Positions 51,442-62,658 of a stretch of DNA of 64,000 nucleotides are shown piece after piece (the first letter of the stretch is position 1; every line of letters begins with the position of its first letter). Both the position numbers and the translations under genes were made by a program. The notes under the pieces were generated by a model, which was given only the letters and a program-made list of their open reading frames with translations, searched no databases and was not told the origin of the DNA. This stretch comes from Podarcis melisellensis. Lineage: Eukaryota. Where the stretch lies: NCBI GenBank assembly GCA_964234715.1, contig OZ174291.1. One strand, given 5' to 3'.

Positions 51442-52015
51442 CCGTATTTTTCGCTCTATAGGACGCACCGGACCATAGGAGGGGGAGAACGGGGGGGGGG
51501 ATTCTCCCCCTCTCTGTGCAGCGCCCCTTCAGTGAAGCAGTAGGAGAAACGGAGCCCCTTCCATTTCTCCTCCCGCTTCACTGAAGGGGCGCTGAGCAGA
51601 GAGGGAAAGCTGTGCAGCGCCTCTCCAGCAAAGTGAAGCCAGGAGAGCAGGAGGGATTGGTGAGCACCGACCCCTCTTGCTCTCCAGGCTTCAGACGGCT
51701 ATCCGCAAGCCTTCGGAGCGCAGCGGGAACTCCTGCTGTGCTCCGAAGGCTTGCAGATAGCTGCCGGAAGCCCCCAGAGCCCAGCCTTTGAAGCCTCCAC
51801 AGGGCAGCGGGGTGCCTTCACCCCGCTGCCCTGCGGAGGCTTTGTGCAGCAAACCCCAAGCTAGAGCAGCGAGATGGAGCGCTGCGCAGTGCTCCGTCTC
51901 CCTGTTCTGGCTTTGGGCTTAGCCGTGCAGCCTGCATTCGCTCTATAGGACGCACACACATTTCCCCTTAATTTTTGGAGGGGAAAAAGTGCGTCCTATA
52001 GAGCGAAAAATACGG
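51442..52015. mobile_element. Non-autonomous Tc2/pogo-like DNA transposon
   Basis: Perfect 27-bp TIR CCGTATTTTTCGCTCTATAGGACGCAC, TA flanks, several internal GC-rich inverted repeats. Older CCGTA-ended relatives at 33436-33588 and about 35294-35565. Confidence 0.88.
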
Positions 52016-53291
52016 TAAATCATACACTATTCCACAGTCAATTGGAAGAATGGAAGAGACAGGTAAATACAAACTGGTCTACTGGCAGTTTCAAATTAAT
52101 AAGCAGCTTCCTTACAGGTTCTGGGCTGGCTTGTTGCTCCCTCCCAAACCAAAAGTTTTTTACTGAAAACACAAATGAGAATATGCTGCGGGCGAGGGAT
52201 GGTCAGGTGCACTTAACTCCTGCATACTCAGTAAAACAAGGGGATACAGATGCAAACACTTCCAGCAAGTGTCACTCCTTGTGTGAGCTTGTCTACTAAA
52301 GCAACGCACCACAATCTTTTGGTACCAATGTGCAAGGTCATTTATTGGAAATCCTTCCAAAGCACATCAAATCAAATCTTTATTGATCAATGACGAGAAT
52401 TAAAGAAGCAAAATAAGAAGTGTACGGAACATGTTGTCCAGATGGGTCTAGTACCGTTGAAAACAATAAATAAAAGTAGCACAGAGTAACAAGGGCACCA
52501 ACATCTTAAAAGTTGTAGTCATGTCACAAACTCCAAAGAGGAAAATTACAAAGTGTCTGGGGTCAGTTCTTGGTGGGTTTTGCTTGGCAACACTGAGAGT
52601 GATAGATGCACCTGATCGTCCTGGCAGATTTAATAAAAGTGGTTCAATAAAGATTTTGTGTAGATCTTGACCCTTCCAACGCCTATTCATTGCAGCTCTT
52701 GCTGCTACTGGAAAACAAACTTGCTCTCCTTTCCCTCCACTTCCGATTCCTTTTCTACTCTGACCATCAGTCCTCAGCCAGGGGGGTAGAGATCCTCCAG
52801 GGGGGCAGAGCAGCAACATTACTGCAGTAGAACTATATGGTGTAAAATTATTTCCCAAATGCATGTTTGGCCTAAAGGTGGGTCACCGGTCTGAATAGGT
52901 TGAGGACTCTTGACTTAAAAGTACAATTAGAGCACAAAGATTATGACAGTGCAAAAAAGGGGGGAAAGGGCACAAAACCCAATCTAAAATAATTCATTGG
53001 CTCCTCAAAACCTGGGTGAAGAGATGCATCCTGCCCAATGATTGAAATAAGTGAAATGATGGTGCCAGACACACCTCCAAAGGGAGAGATTTCAATAAAC
53101 AGGATACCAACACAGAGAAGGCCCTGCTATGTGTCACCTAAGAACAGTACCCCACCTCCACCTTAACATTCAGACAGATCTATACAGAAGGCAGCATAAA
53201 GTCCCTTTGTTCCTCTCTGCTGTTATTCCCCCCAGAATAAACCTTCATGTGGGCTTATTGGCCACTTTAGTTAAATTGCAGCTCAGTGCCT

Positions 53292-53339
<48 letters not shown>

Positions 53340-53357
53340 ATGCCATATGCTGTAGAT

Positions 53358-53609
53358 CAGGGGTCAGCAAGCTTTTTCAGCAGAGGGCCAGTCCACTGTC
53401 CCTCAGACGTTGTGAGGGGCTGGACTATATTTTTTTTGGGGGGGGGAATGAACGAATTCCTATGCCCCACAAATAACCCAGAGATGCATTTTAAATAAAA
53501 GGACACATTCTACTCCTGTAAAAACACAGATTCCCGGACTGTCCACAGGCCGGATTTACAAGCCGATTGGGCCGGATCTGGCCCCTGGGCCTTAGTTTGC
53601 CTACCCATG
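53358..53609. mobile_element. hAT-type MITE, same family as 48310-48559
   Basis: High similarity to the 48310 copy. TSD CTGTAGAT / CTGTAGAG. Confidence 0.88.
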
Positions 53610-55542
53610 CTGTAGAGATATGAAAAACACAAATGCTCTGCTGAATCAGAGCGGCAAGGGGGGGGGCATTTAATCTAGAGACAGCTGGCGTGTCGTGCTC
53701 CAGGTCTTTCTGTACTACAGTTCCCATCAGCCTCAGCCGAAATGGCCAGGGGTCAGAGGTCATGGGAGCTGCACTCCAGAAATATCTGGATGGTGACTAC
53801 CCGGGGTTTAAGGAACATGATGCACACCTGGGAGGGGGTATAGAGAATAACTTCTCACTGGCTGCTCCTGTGCTTTGGAGTGCCTTTTCTGAGACCAGGC
53901 CTCATTTAACCCTCTCTGGAAACCTTCCAAAGAACAAGTAAATGTCTTTTTTTAAAAAAAAAACAACAGATATGATTCAGACAGGCCTTTTGCCTGACAG
54001 GCTGATTTGCCTTATGGTTTTTCCACCATGTGTGTGTTTTTTTCTGTTTTAAATCGCCCACAGTTTTACTGCCATGTTTCTGCCCACTCTGGTTTTCAGG
54101 ATGATAGAGAATTGCATTCAGACCATGGGTCCATCTAGCTCAGCACTGTCAACACAGGCAGGCAGGGGCTCTCCAGGGTTTCAGACGAGGCTCCCTCCCA
54201 GCCCCACCTTGGATATACTGGGGACTGAACCTGGGGTCTTCTACATTCAAAGCAGATGTTCTGTCACTGAGCTACGGCCCTTCTCCATCAGCAGCAGAGA
54301 TTCATGTGGGCTTGTTCCTGTTGCTCTGAGCCCCAGATACATGCAGCAAGAAATCTCACCACAGAGAAGACTCGCTATCATGCTGCTACCCTCTGGACCT
54401 CTTTTAGAGGGAGCACATGAATAACAGCCTCAAATGATGATTGCAGGGTTCGGGTCGATTCGTATGGGGTCCTTGAGGTATTGACATTCTGAGCCGTTTA
54501 AGGCTCCGTTCATGACACTAATCATAAAACTAAGTAAAGGGGGGGGAAGCACTCCCCAAATCATGATGCAATCTCTCATGGAGAAGGCCAGATGTTGCAG
54601 GCCAGGGGGTCCCAAACCGTGGTCCATGAACTTCAATTTGGTGGGCTGTGCCACGTCTGCATTAAATACACTGGTTTTTAATTGGATTTTAAAAATTGCG
54701 GCTTATATTCAAATATATTTCTTACATTGCATTTTACTGTTTGACAATCTGAATTCTGCAGACGGCAAATTCTAACGCAATAAAATACAATAGAAAAAAT
54801 AAAAACAGCAAGAAAGGTATGATTAAAAATTGCACGGCAACTAGCACAGCGCCTTACAATTGCTTCAACATGCAGAAAAATCACAGTGGGGCAAGCCAAG
54901 GCAACCAGCAATTTTCAGGTCTCCCACTGGGAGCAGGGATTTTGGGGAACCACTGTTTTAAGCCAAGCTCAGAATCCTTTGGAAACTCAGAGGACATCTT
55001 AAGGCAGTGGTTGTAGAACCTGAAACTCCCCTTTTCAACCCTGACCTTTGGCCATGCTGGATTGAGCTGGTGGGTGTTGGAATGCCACAGAAGAAGAGAA
55101 GAGTTTGGATTTGAGATCCCGCTTTCTCACTACCCTACGGAGTCTCAAAGCAGCTAACGTTCTCCTTTCCCCTCCTCCCCCACAACAAACACTCTGTGAG
55201 GTGAGTGGGACTGAGAGACTTCAGAGAAGTGTGACTGGCCCAAGGTCACCCAGCAGCTGCATGTGGAGGAGCAGAGATGCGAACCCGGTTCCCCAGATTA
55301 CGAGACTACTGCTCTTAACCACTACACCACACTGGCTCCATTAGCGACCCCAGTCCTGGGGTGCTACTAGCTTTCAAGTGTGAGGGATGTATGCTTGTTG
55401 AGGCCACACTTGCCTTCTAGCTTGGGAAGGCCCAACTTTTCTGCACTTGCACTGTGCTGCTTTACACTGTTTTGCTAGCCAGCTGACCTATGTCATTTCA
55501 CTGCATTCTATCACTTACTTTGCTTTGCTTGTTTAATTGTAC

Positions 55543-55548
55543 TTTATT
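55543..55548 (-). terminator. Candidate polyA signal for the nested ORF
   Basis: tttatt on +, about 550 nt after the ORF stop. Confidence 0.35.
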
Positions 55549-56095
55549 GTATACTTTGTTTTAAGGGTTCACCACTTTTGGGGGCCTTGTGGGGACCAAG
55601 AAGCGGCCAATGAATAAATCCTCATCATCCAAGGTGGATAAATGGAAGTCGTGCCCGTTCCGTGTGCTTTTATGAGGTCACAGGATACATGGCAAGTGAC
55701 GGGAGGGGCGCAGAACACTGGGAAGAAGACAGGAAGGAATGGTGGGCCACATGAGCTTCACTCCTCCAATTCAATCTCAATGGGGTGACGACTCAAGGAA
55801 TTCCCAGTCCCAAGTCCTATCAGGCAAGGTTCCAAAAGGCAGTATCACGGAGAGTTAGTTCCTTCCTCAACGGAGTTTCAACATGTGCATCGTGGTTCTC
55901 CCAGAAGCACCCTCTGATTAGCGGTGGTGATCATCTCCTTCTTTCCAGGACGGCCTGCCACTCATCTGGGCGATACAAATGGCCATTCGGTCTCCACTAC
56001 CCTCAATGCAACTGCAGCTGACGCAGCACCCAGGACGACTGGGAATATCATGGACGCAACCCCCTGCCGGCGACGCTTTGTGGTGTATCGCTGAG

Positions 56096-56758
56096 TTAGA
56101 AGGGTTGATAGAAGCCATGTGGATCGTGTAGCATAGCCAGCTGCTGCTGATTGCTGAGGGCCGCCTCCACCCGCTGCTGCTCCCGCTCCACCCACCTCTC
56201 CGTGTCTTGGCGCGCGACATCGAGGCTGTGGCGCAGCCGGCGCTGCTCATGCTCCATCCGCCGATCCGCGCGGAGGTTGGCATTATCCTGATGGTCCTGC
56301 AACGAGTGCCGATGCAGCTCTTGCGCGGTGAACAGGCGAGAGTCCTTGGCCTCCAAGTGGTCCCAGTGCTGCGCCACCAGCTGCAATTGCCGCTGGCGTA
56401 TCGCTTCCTCCTGAGCGGGGTCGCTCCTCCGGGAGCTCAGCCTCCGGCGGAATTCCTGCTGCCGCGCCAGCTCCTGCTGCCGCTGCTCCTCTTCCTGCGC
56501 CAGGCTTTGCCGCTGCTGCAACGCCCGCTGCTGCTGCTGCGACACCCGCCGCTGCTGCTCCAGCAGTCGCTGCTGCTCCCGCTCAAACTCCAGCCGCTGC
56601 CACTCCCGCTCCGCTCGCTCCACTTGCCGCCACTCCCGCAGCCGCTCCTCTTCCTGTTCCCGCAGTTCCACAGCTTCCTCCTCCTCTGCCGATTCTCCTG
56701 TGATGTAACTGCGCAACTGGGTGATGTAATTGCCAACAAGGGTGATGAAATTGCCCAT
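56096..56758 (-). CDS. Putative nested intronless gene: 220-aa E/R/Q-rich coiled-coil protein with an MGNFIT N-terminus (uncharacterised)
   Basis: ATG in acgATGG context, in-frame TAG 17 codons upstream, CpG-rich codon-like composition, non-repetitive C-terminal half, and AATAAA on the same strand at 55548-55543. No homolog recognised. Confidence 0.6.
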   Translation of the reverse strand: MGNFITLVGNYITQLRSYITGESAEEEEAVELREQEEERLREWRQVERAEREWQRLEFEREQQRLLEQQRRVSQQQQRALQQRQSLAQEEEQRQQELARQQEFRRRLSSRRSDPAQEEAIRQRQLQLVAQHWDHLEAKDSRLFTAQELHRHSLQDHQDNANLRADRRMEHEQRRLRHSLDVARQDTERWVEREQQRVEAALSNQQQLAMLHDPHGFYQPF

Positions 56759-57369
56759 CGTTACATGCAAGAAGCACACAGTCTTCTCTTTGCAGAGTCG
56801 ATTGTCCTAGTAGGTTTCCCTGCGCCCATCCATGGAGACTGATATCCAGCTGTAGCCTTCCCCTGGCAGGTTGAGCTTCAAGGCCCACAGAGAGGGTAAG
56901 GATAACTAACATGACTCAACAATAGGCCCATTGATCACTGGGACTTTGCCCACCATGTGCCTGGGCTGGATGGCTTCAGGCTTCAGCGGCTCACAGGGAC
57001 CTGTTGGTCCAGCTAGTTCAGCATGGCCAACAATGACTGGCAGCAGTTCTGAAGGGCTGCAGAAAGGGGACATTCCTAGTCCTTACTAGAGGTGATGAGG
57101 ATTCAACCTGGGATCTTTAGCATCCAAAATAGGTGCTCAAACCAATGGGTTATGGCCCTTTCTTGAATGACTGAATAGTCTTCAGAAAAAAAGGAAAGGG
57201 GAGAGTTATCTCTTCAGGGAAAACTTAAGAAATAGGAAAATTTATACCATTAATTCCTTTTCTCTGTGTGCCATAAGAAACCCCAAGACATCACAGCGGC
57301 CCTATGGCACCCCATAGCATAAATACCGAGAGACCAAAAAAAAAACCCAAACCACACTCTCCCAATGCT

Positions 57370-57630
57370 GCTCTCTGGACTAGGTCATGTAAGGAACAGG
57401 GCCCCCAAATCCCATCCCACGTAGTTGGTCCAGAAGGATACGGAAGTCAACAATATTAAATAGCCACAGAAAGCTTGAGAAGGACCAAGATCAGCCCTGC
57501 TTGTCCCATTAATAGAGGCCATTCCCGGCAGGGTGACCAAGACCAACTCGGTCCCATGGCCTGGACTAAAGTCAGATTTAAATGGCTCTAGATATTCCAT
57601 ATAATCCAAAAATGCCTACAGCTGTCCCAA
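57370..57630 (-). mobile_element. Decayed L2-clade reverse transcriptase fragment
   Basis: LEPFKSDFSPGHGTELVLV resembles the LDPFQSGFRPGHGTETALV RT motif. Confidence 0.65.
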
Positions 57631-60600
57631 CTTTCTCCCCCACGTCTGCTCTTTACAGTCAATGTCTGCTCACTGGCTCTCAGTCAAACCTACCTCACAG
57701 GGTTGTTTTGGGGACTGAATGAGGAGGTGGAAAGCCATGTCCTCCACCTTGAGTTCCTTGGAGAAAAATATGGGATATAAATGCAATGATTCTTTATTTT
57801 TATTATTATGAAGAGGAGGAGGAGGAAGGAGGAGAGGAAGAAAAACTAATAATAAGAATAATAATAATCCTGACATTGGCATACAAGCAAAGACAGCTGC
57901 CAGGAGGAGTTAATGCTCTAGCAAAGGGAAAGAAAACTACCATAGTTGATTGCTTCTTTATCAAATGTTGAGATTTTGCAGTTCCGTGCATGTTATAATT
58001 CTGGGAGTAGATGGAAATATCTCTATGCCCTCCAGGGAGAGAGAGCCTTCTCTACTAGGGATCTGGGCTCCTCTCAGGTGAGAGATGGGAGGAGTAAGAG
58101 ATCGTCCAGAGTCCAGTACTGCTTCAGATATCAGGAATGCATCTTATGAGTGTACACTTGTCTGTGAACCTTTGCCTGTGGGTTGTAATATTCTTGAATA
58201 TGAGTGGTTCACGTATGAGCGGCAGACAGAGGCGACGTTTGAGGTAGCGAATGGCTGCAGTGGTTGTGTGAAATGGATGGTGAGCGAGACTGGATGAACG
58301 ATTTTATGTTGTGTTGTTTGGAACTATATAATTATACTGCCTTGTACTTTTCTCCAATTTTATTTGTTTTGTGTTATGGATTGGATATGGTATGAGTATT
58401 TTGCTATGCAAATCACTTGACTTTAAAAAAATAAAAATACGCATAGTATGCATAAACCACTCTGAGGTCTTTCAGGCAGTAAAGCAGTCTATAAATGGAA
58501 GTAGCAATAAATCTTATTAAACTCTGCTCTCCATTTTAGCTAAAGCAAGCGTCTGATGACATTGGTGAGGCTTCTGAACAAGAGAGAGAAGTAAACACAA
58601 TGAAGCTTTGCCAGCCTCAAAGTGAGGATGGGGTGGGGAAGGAAGGAAGGAAGGAAGACAGGTAAGGAAGAGAGGGGTGGAAAAACAAAAGCCAAGGCTT
58701 GCCAACGTAGAAAGCATTTGTAGCACCACTGCCAAATCTAAGTTAAAACATTGCTTTAGAAAGCACAGACGCTCCTAAGTGGATTCTCGGGTTCCAAGAG
58801 GTCCTTTTAACACTCATGGAGGGGAAAAAGCATAACAAAAATATTATCCCACTGTGATTTTAATCAGATTACTTGTAGCCCCACTAGGCTTATAAACCTG
58901 GGTTTTTCCAAGGAGGGGCCCTGTGACCAGGCACCCCCATTAATGCACCAGGAACTGGCACTGCCAAGCCTAGTAAAAGCTTCGCTGAGCGAGGCACAGC
59001 TGCAAGAAACCGCTAATAAAAAGCGTCTCGAGCCTCCTGCTTTACAAGCGCTGCTCCCATTTAAAGCACAGGCAAACACACACAGCATTTGGCTCCAGCT
59101 CAAACTTCCTAGCTCAGCTTGAGTTAAGGGTACAGGTGAGCAACTGGATGCCAAAAGATGTTTAAAAAGGAAAAGAAAAAAAGTCTTCCCCCCTACCTAA
59201 CAGAGATAGGAAGAGAGAAATAAATTTCGCCGTTGATTTTACCGATACGGAGGCCTGTCTGCCGAAAGCTAAGCTGAGCCACTCAAAAGCATCTTATTAA
59301 TATAAAAATAAATAAGTCTGTGAGCAGTGTTAGAAACTGATATGTGAAAGCTAGGAGCTAAATGGCAGCTGAAACCTAGGTTATGGGCGCAACAACGGAA
59401 TGTCTAGTTGCACTTTTTTATAACAGGAAAACAAAGCTGAAAATGGATGAACTGCAGCTAAAATCTTATGTTCATTTTTCATATGGTCTAGTCCTTCCCC
59501 TGCCCACCTCCCTAATATTCTTAAGAGGGTCTCTTCTTCAGAGAGGAGCTGAAAGTGAGGGGCAGAAAAAGGTTCTCCTTTCCTTCCACTCTGCAGTTTT
59601 AATCTGAAATCTTAGGTGCAGTACTGTGCCTAGAGCTCAGAAACTGCTCGAGCAAATGAAATTCCCTGTCGCAAAATGTGCCTACAACAGTGGGAGTTTC
59701 AAACGCTGTCAGTGAGTTATTTCCCAGGTTTCCACCGAATCTTACCAGCAGAATATCCAAGAGCTAAATACAAATATGCAAGAAATTTGTGTTCTATAAT
59801 CTCACATATATAGCTATTTTAGTGATTAACTGAATCCTAAAAGGGAACCAGAGCAAGCTTGAGTGGAGTGCCATTTAATGCTTTTATACTTTCATGAGAA
59901 AGAGCTACACCTCAGTGACAGAGCATCTCCTTCACATGCAGGAGGTCCCAGGTTCAATCCTCAGCATCTGGGAGAGTCGCTGCCAGTCAGTGCAGACAAT
60001 ACTAAGCTAGATGGAACAATAACCTAGCTTAGTATAAACCATTTAGACAGTCTAACCCAGTAGACAAATTCTCTGTGACCAAGTTGTATACAATAGTTTC
60101 CTTCTGATCACTGAAAATGATTCATTGGGTCAAAACATGTCTGGTCCTTGACATATTTCATTATCATCTGCTGGTCATATTAGGACTTTGACCTGAGTAG
60201 ACAAATCAATTTGTTGCCATAGTTTAGTCATTTTGCCAACATTCTAATCTTTTAGCGTTAAAGTTAAATTAATTAAATTTAAATCTCCTTTTCCTATTTT
60301 ATTTAGAAGGATCCAGGTCTTTTATTCTTACCCAACTTAAAACATTTTTTTCGAGTTCGCGTTGCTCATGACGCTGGTCCACACTAGCCAATGCAACTTC
60401 ACTGACTCTCAAACTGCTCTGCCGCCCATAAGAATCACAATAATGGTAATAATAATAATAACGAACGCTAACAGAACAACAGCTGTGAAAAGCAGCATGG
60501 CATTCCATTTAACAGAAGAGGTCTTCCATCATTCAGCCAAAAAAATAAAATCAAAAGCACCGGGAGGAAAATGAAAACGGTCTTTATTTTTTATGGCTTT

Positions 60601-61622
60601 GCTTTTTACTTGATCGCTTTAGAAGCTGACTAAAAGCTTTGGCCATCCATCTTGTTCCAAAAGCCTTGTAAAGCGCACAGAACTCAGCTGCTCAGCTGCC
60701 TCCTAAATATCCTGGGACTGCTTCTCAAGAATGGCTTCAGAAGCCCACCATTTGCTTAATGTCAAGAAGAGAGCATAATAAAAGCAGTTCCTAATATTTA
60801 TTTTTTTAAGTGGGAGAAAAGAGTCAAGGCCAGTTTACTGCACCAAGCAATTGGCCTGGACAACTTTGGGGTACAATTTCAGTGTAAAATCTCCATCGCA
60901 GGAGTTACAACAGAGTGATTTGAAAGAAAGGAAGGATCCGGCGCAACAGAACCCTTACACTATAAACTTCTATTGCCCGCTTAGAAGTCCCCAATGCGAA
61001 CTTCTCAATCCTTTCCATTTCTTCTGCTCGGGACTTTCTTTGCGGTGAAAGCATACCACTCTGAGTTAAAAACGGGTGAAAATCTTCCAATAAAAAACCC
61101 AGATGGTTTCCTGATCAGAAGAGGCTGTTAATGCAAGCCAGGATGAGGGAGCTTTTTCAGCACTCCCTCGTTGGCAACTCTTCAGGGAAACATGACAGAA
61201 GTAGGGAGGGCCAGAACCAAAAATGGCTGGAGCGGCAGATGGGACTTTTACCTCTGTACATTGGGCTACATTTCAGCTGTGTAGAAGTCAGAGGTTTCTA
61301 TACCGCCCACATACACTGACCCCTTGATGAGCTTATAAAGTAGTCATCGATCCCAACCCAAATTCTTAAAAAATGTCAAAGTCAAGAAATACCTGTATAC
61401 AATCTTTTTTTAAGCAATAAAGCAGCAAGGTTTGAGAACACTGTTGTATTGCGGAAACCTCTGACTAAGTATAGAGTAAGGCTGGGCGATATCTGGCTTT
61501 CAACATCACAACAGATCACCAGCTAAACATTTCAACATACCGATATATCACAATGTCTGAAATAAAGACGGAACTATGTAGAGGCGAGGTTCCGAACTCT
61601 TTGAAAAACTATGCACTGTAAA

Positions 61623-61967
61623 ACTTATTTCCCACTCCTAAGCCTTCCAAGTATGTTTCCGAGCACAATTCAAAGTGTTGGTGCTGACTTTTAAATCCCA
61701 GTATATCTGAAGGAGCATTTCCACCCCAATCACTTAGCCCAGACACTCAGGTCTTCTGCCGATTTCCTCACTGCGAGAAGTGAAGTTACAGGAAACCAGG
61801 CAGAGGGCCTTCTCGGTAGTGGTGCTCGCCCTGTGGAACACCCTCCCATCAGATGTCATGGAGATAAAGAATTAAACAACTTTTAGAAGACATCTGAAGG
61901 CTGTATCAGGAGGTTTTTAATGCTTGATGGAAACCCAGCCAGATGGGCAGGGCATAAATAATAAAAC

Positions 61968-62004
<37 letters not shown>
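61623..62004 (+). mobile_element. L2-clade LINE 3' fragment, same family as 9917
   Basis: Clear similarity to 9940-10340, with an (ATT)n tail. Confidence 0.8.
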
Positions 62005-62553
62005 GACACACACAACCAGCCGGGTCTTTATTCATCCCCAGAAGAGACCCATCACCCCTAGGGGGTAAATATTGACTGCTTTGGGGAACCTGTTAAATGT
62101 TTTATGTCGATATTTTATCACTTTCTAAAGAGTGTTCCTGAAATTTCTTCTCTCTAGCCTCTCAATTCTTTTTGTAACTTAGCACCTCTTTCCATCAATA
62201 TCTGGTTCACTTTGGTCTCAAAAGTTTCTTCCCTCCACCCCGCAGCCAATCCTGGGAGCTGCATGTAGCTCAGGAAGTGGTCATGAAGCAGTCAGTGGCT
62301 GGGAGATGGGGGCTGTCAAAGTGTTAATTACTGCCAGAGTGCTCCAGCTTCCCTGCAAGACAGAGAGATGCGGCCGCTCTCTGCTCAGACATGATGGAGG
62401 ACTAAATTTGAAATTGCAATAATAAATAAATATTACTACAGAGCATTACTACCACTCAGTTCGGCACAACCCACTGATCCCAATGGCATTTACTTCCAAG
62501 GAGTACATTCAAAAAGGAAGCGAGAAGCACTAGCAAACCTGGCAAAGACTTAC

Positions 62554-62658
62554 TTGAGCACATCTCCCCAGTTCCGTCCTGCTGAGGAACTGAAATATTT
62601 TTAACGCCAGTTCATAAGGCAGCTGAACGTCAAAGAAGGGAACTTCGTTTATTTCATT
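62554..62658 (-). CDS. FBXW8: FBXW8 exon 2, start of F-box (NEINEVPFFDVQLPYELALKIFQFLSRTELGRCAQ)
   Basis: Matches human NEMNDVPFFDIQLPYELAINIFQYLDRKELGRCAQ. tttcag / gtaagt boundaries. 105 bp. Confidence 0.96.

Noticed and set aside
56207-56842. 211-aa Leu-rich ORF on +
   Set aside because: Antisense shadow of the CAG/GAG-rich minus-strand ORF, with a non-ATG start.
57950-58440. Possible LINE 3' end or retrocopy
   Set aside because: No motif I could assign with confidence.
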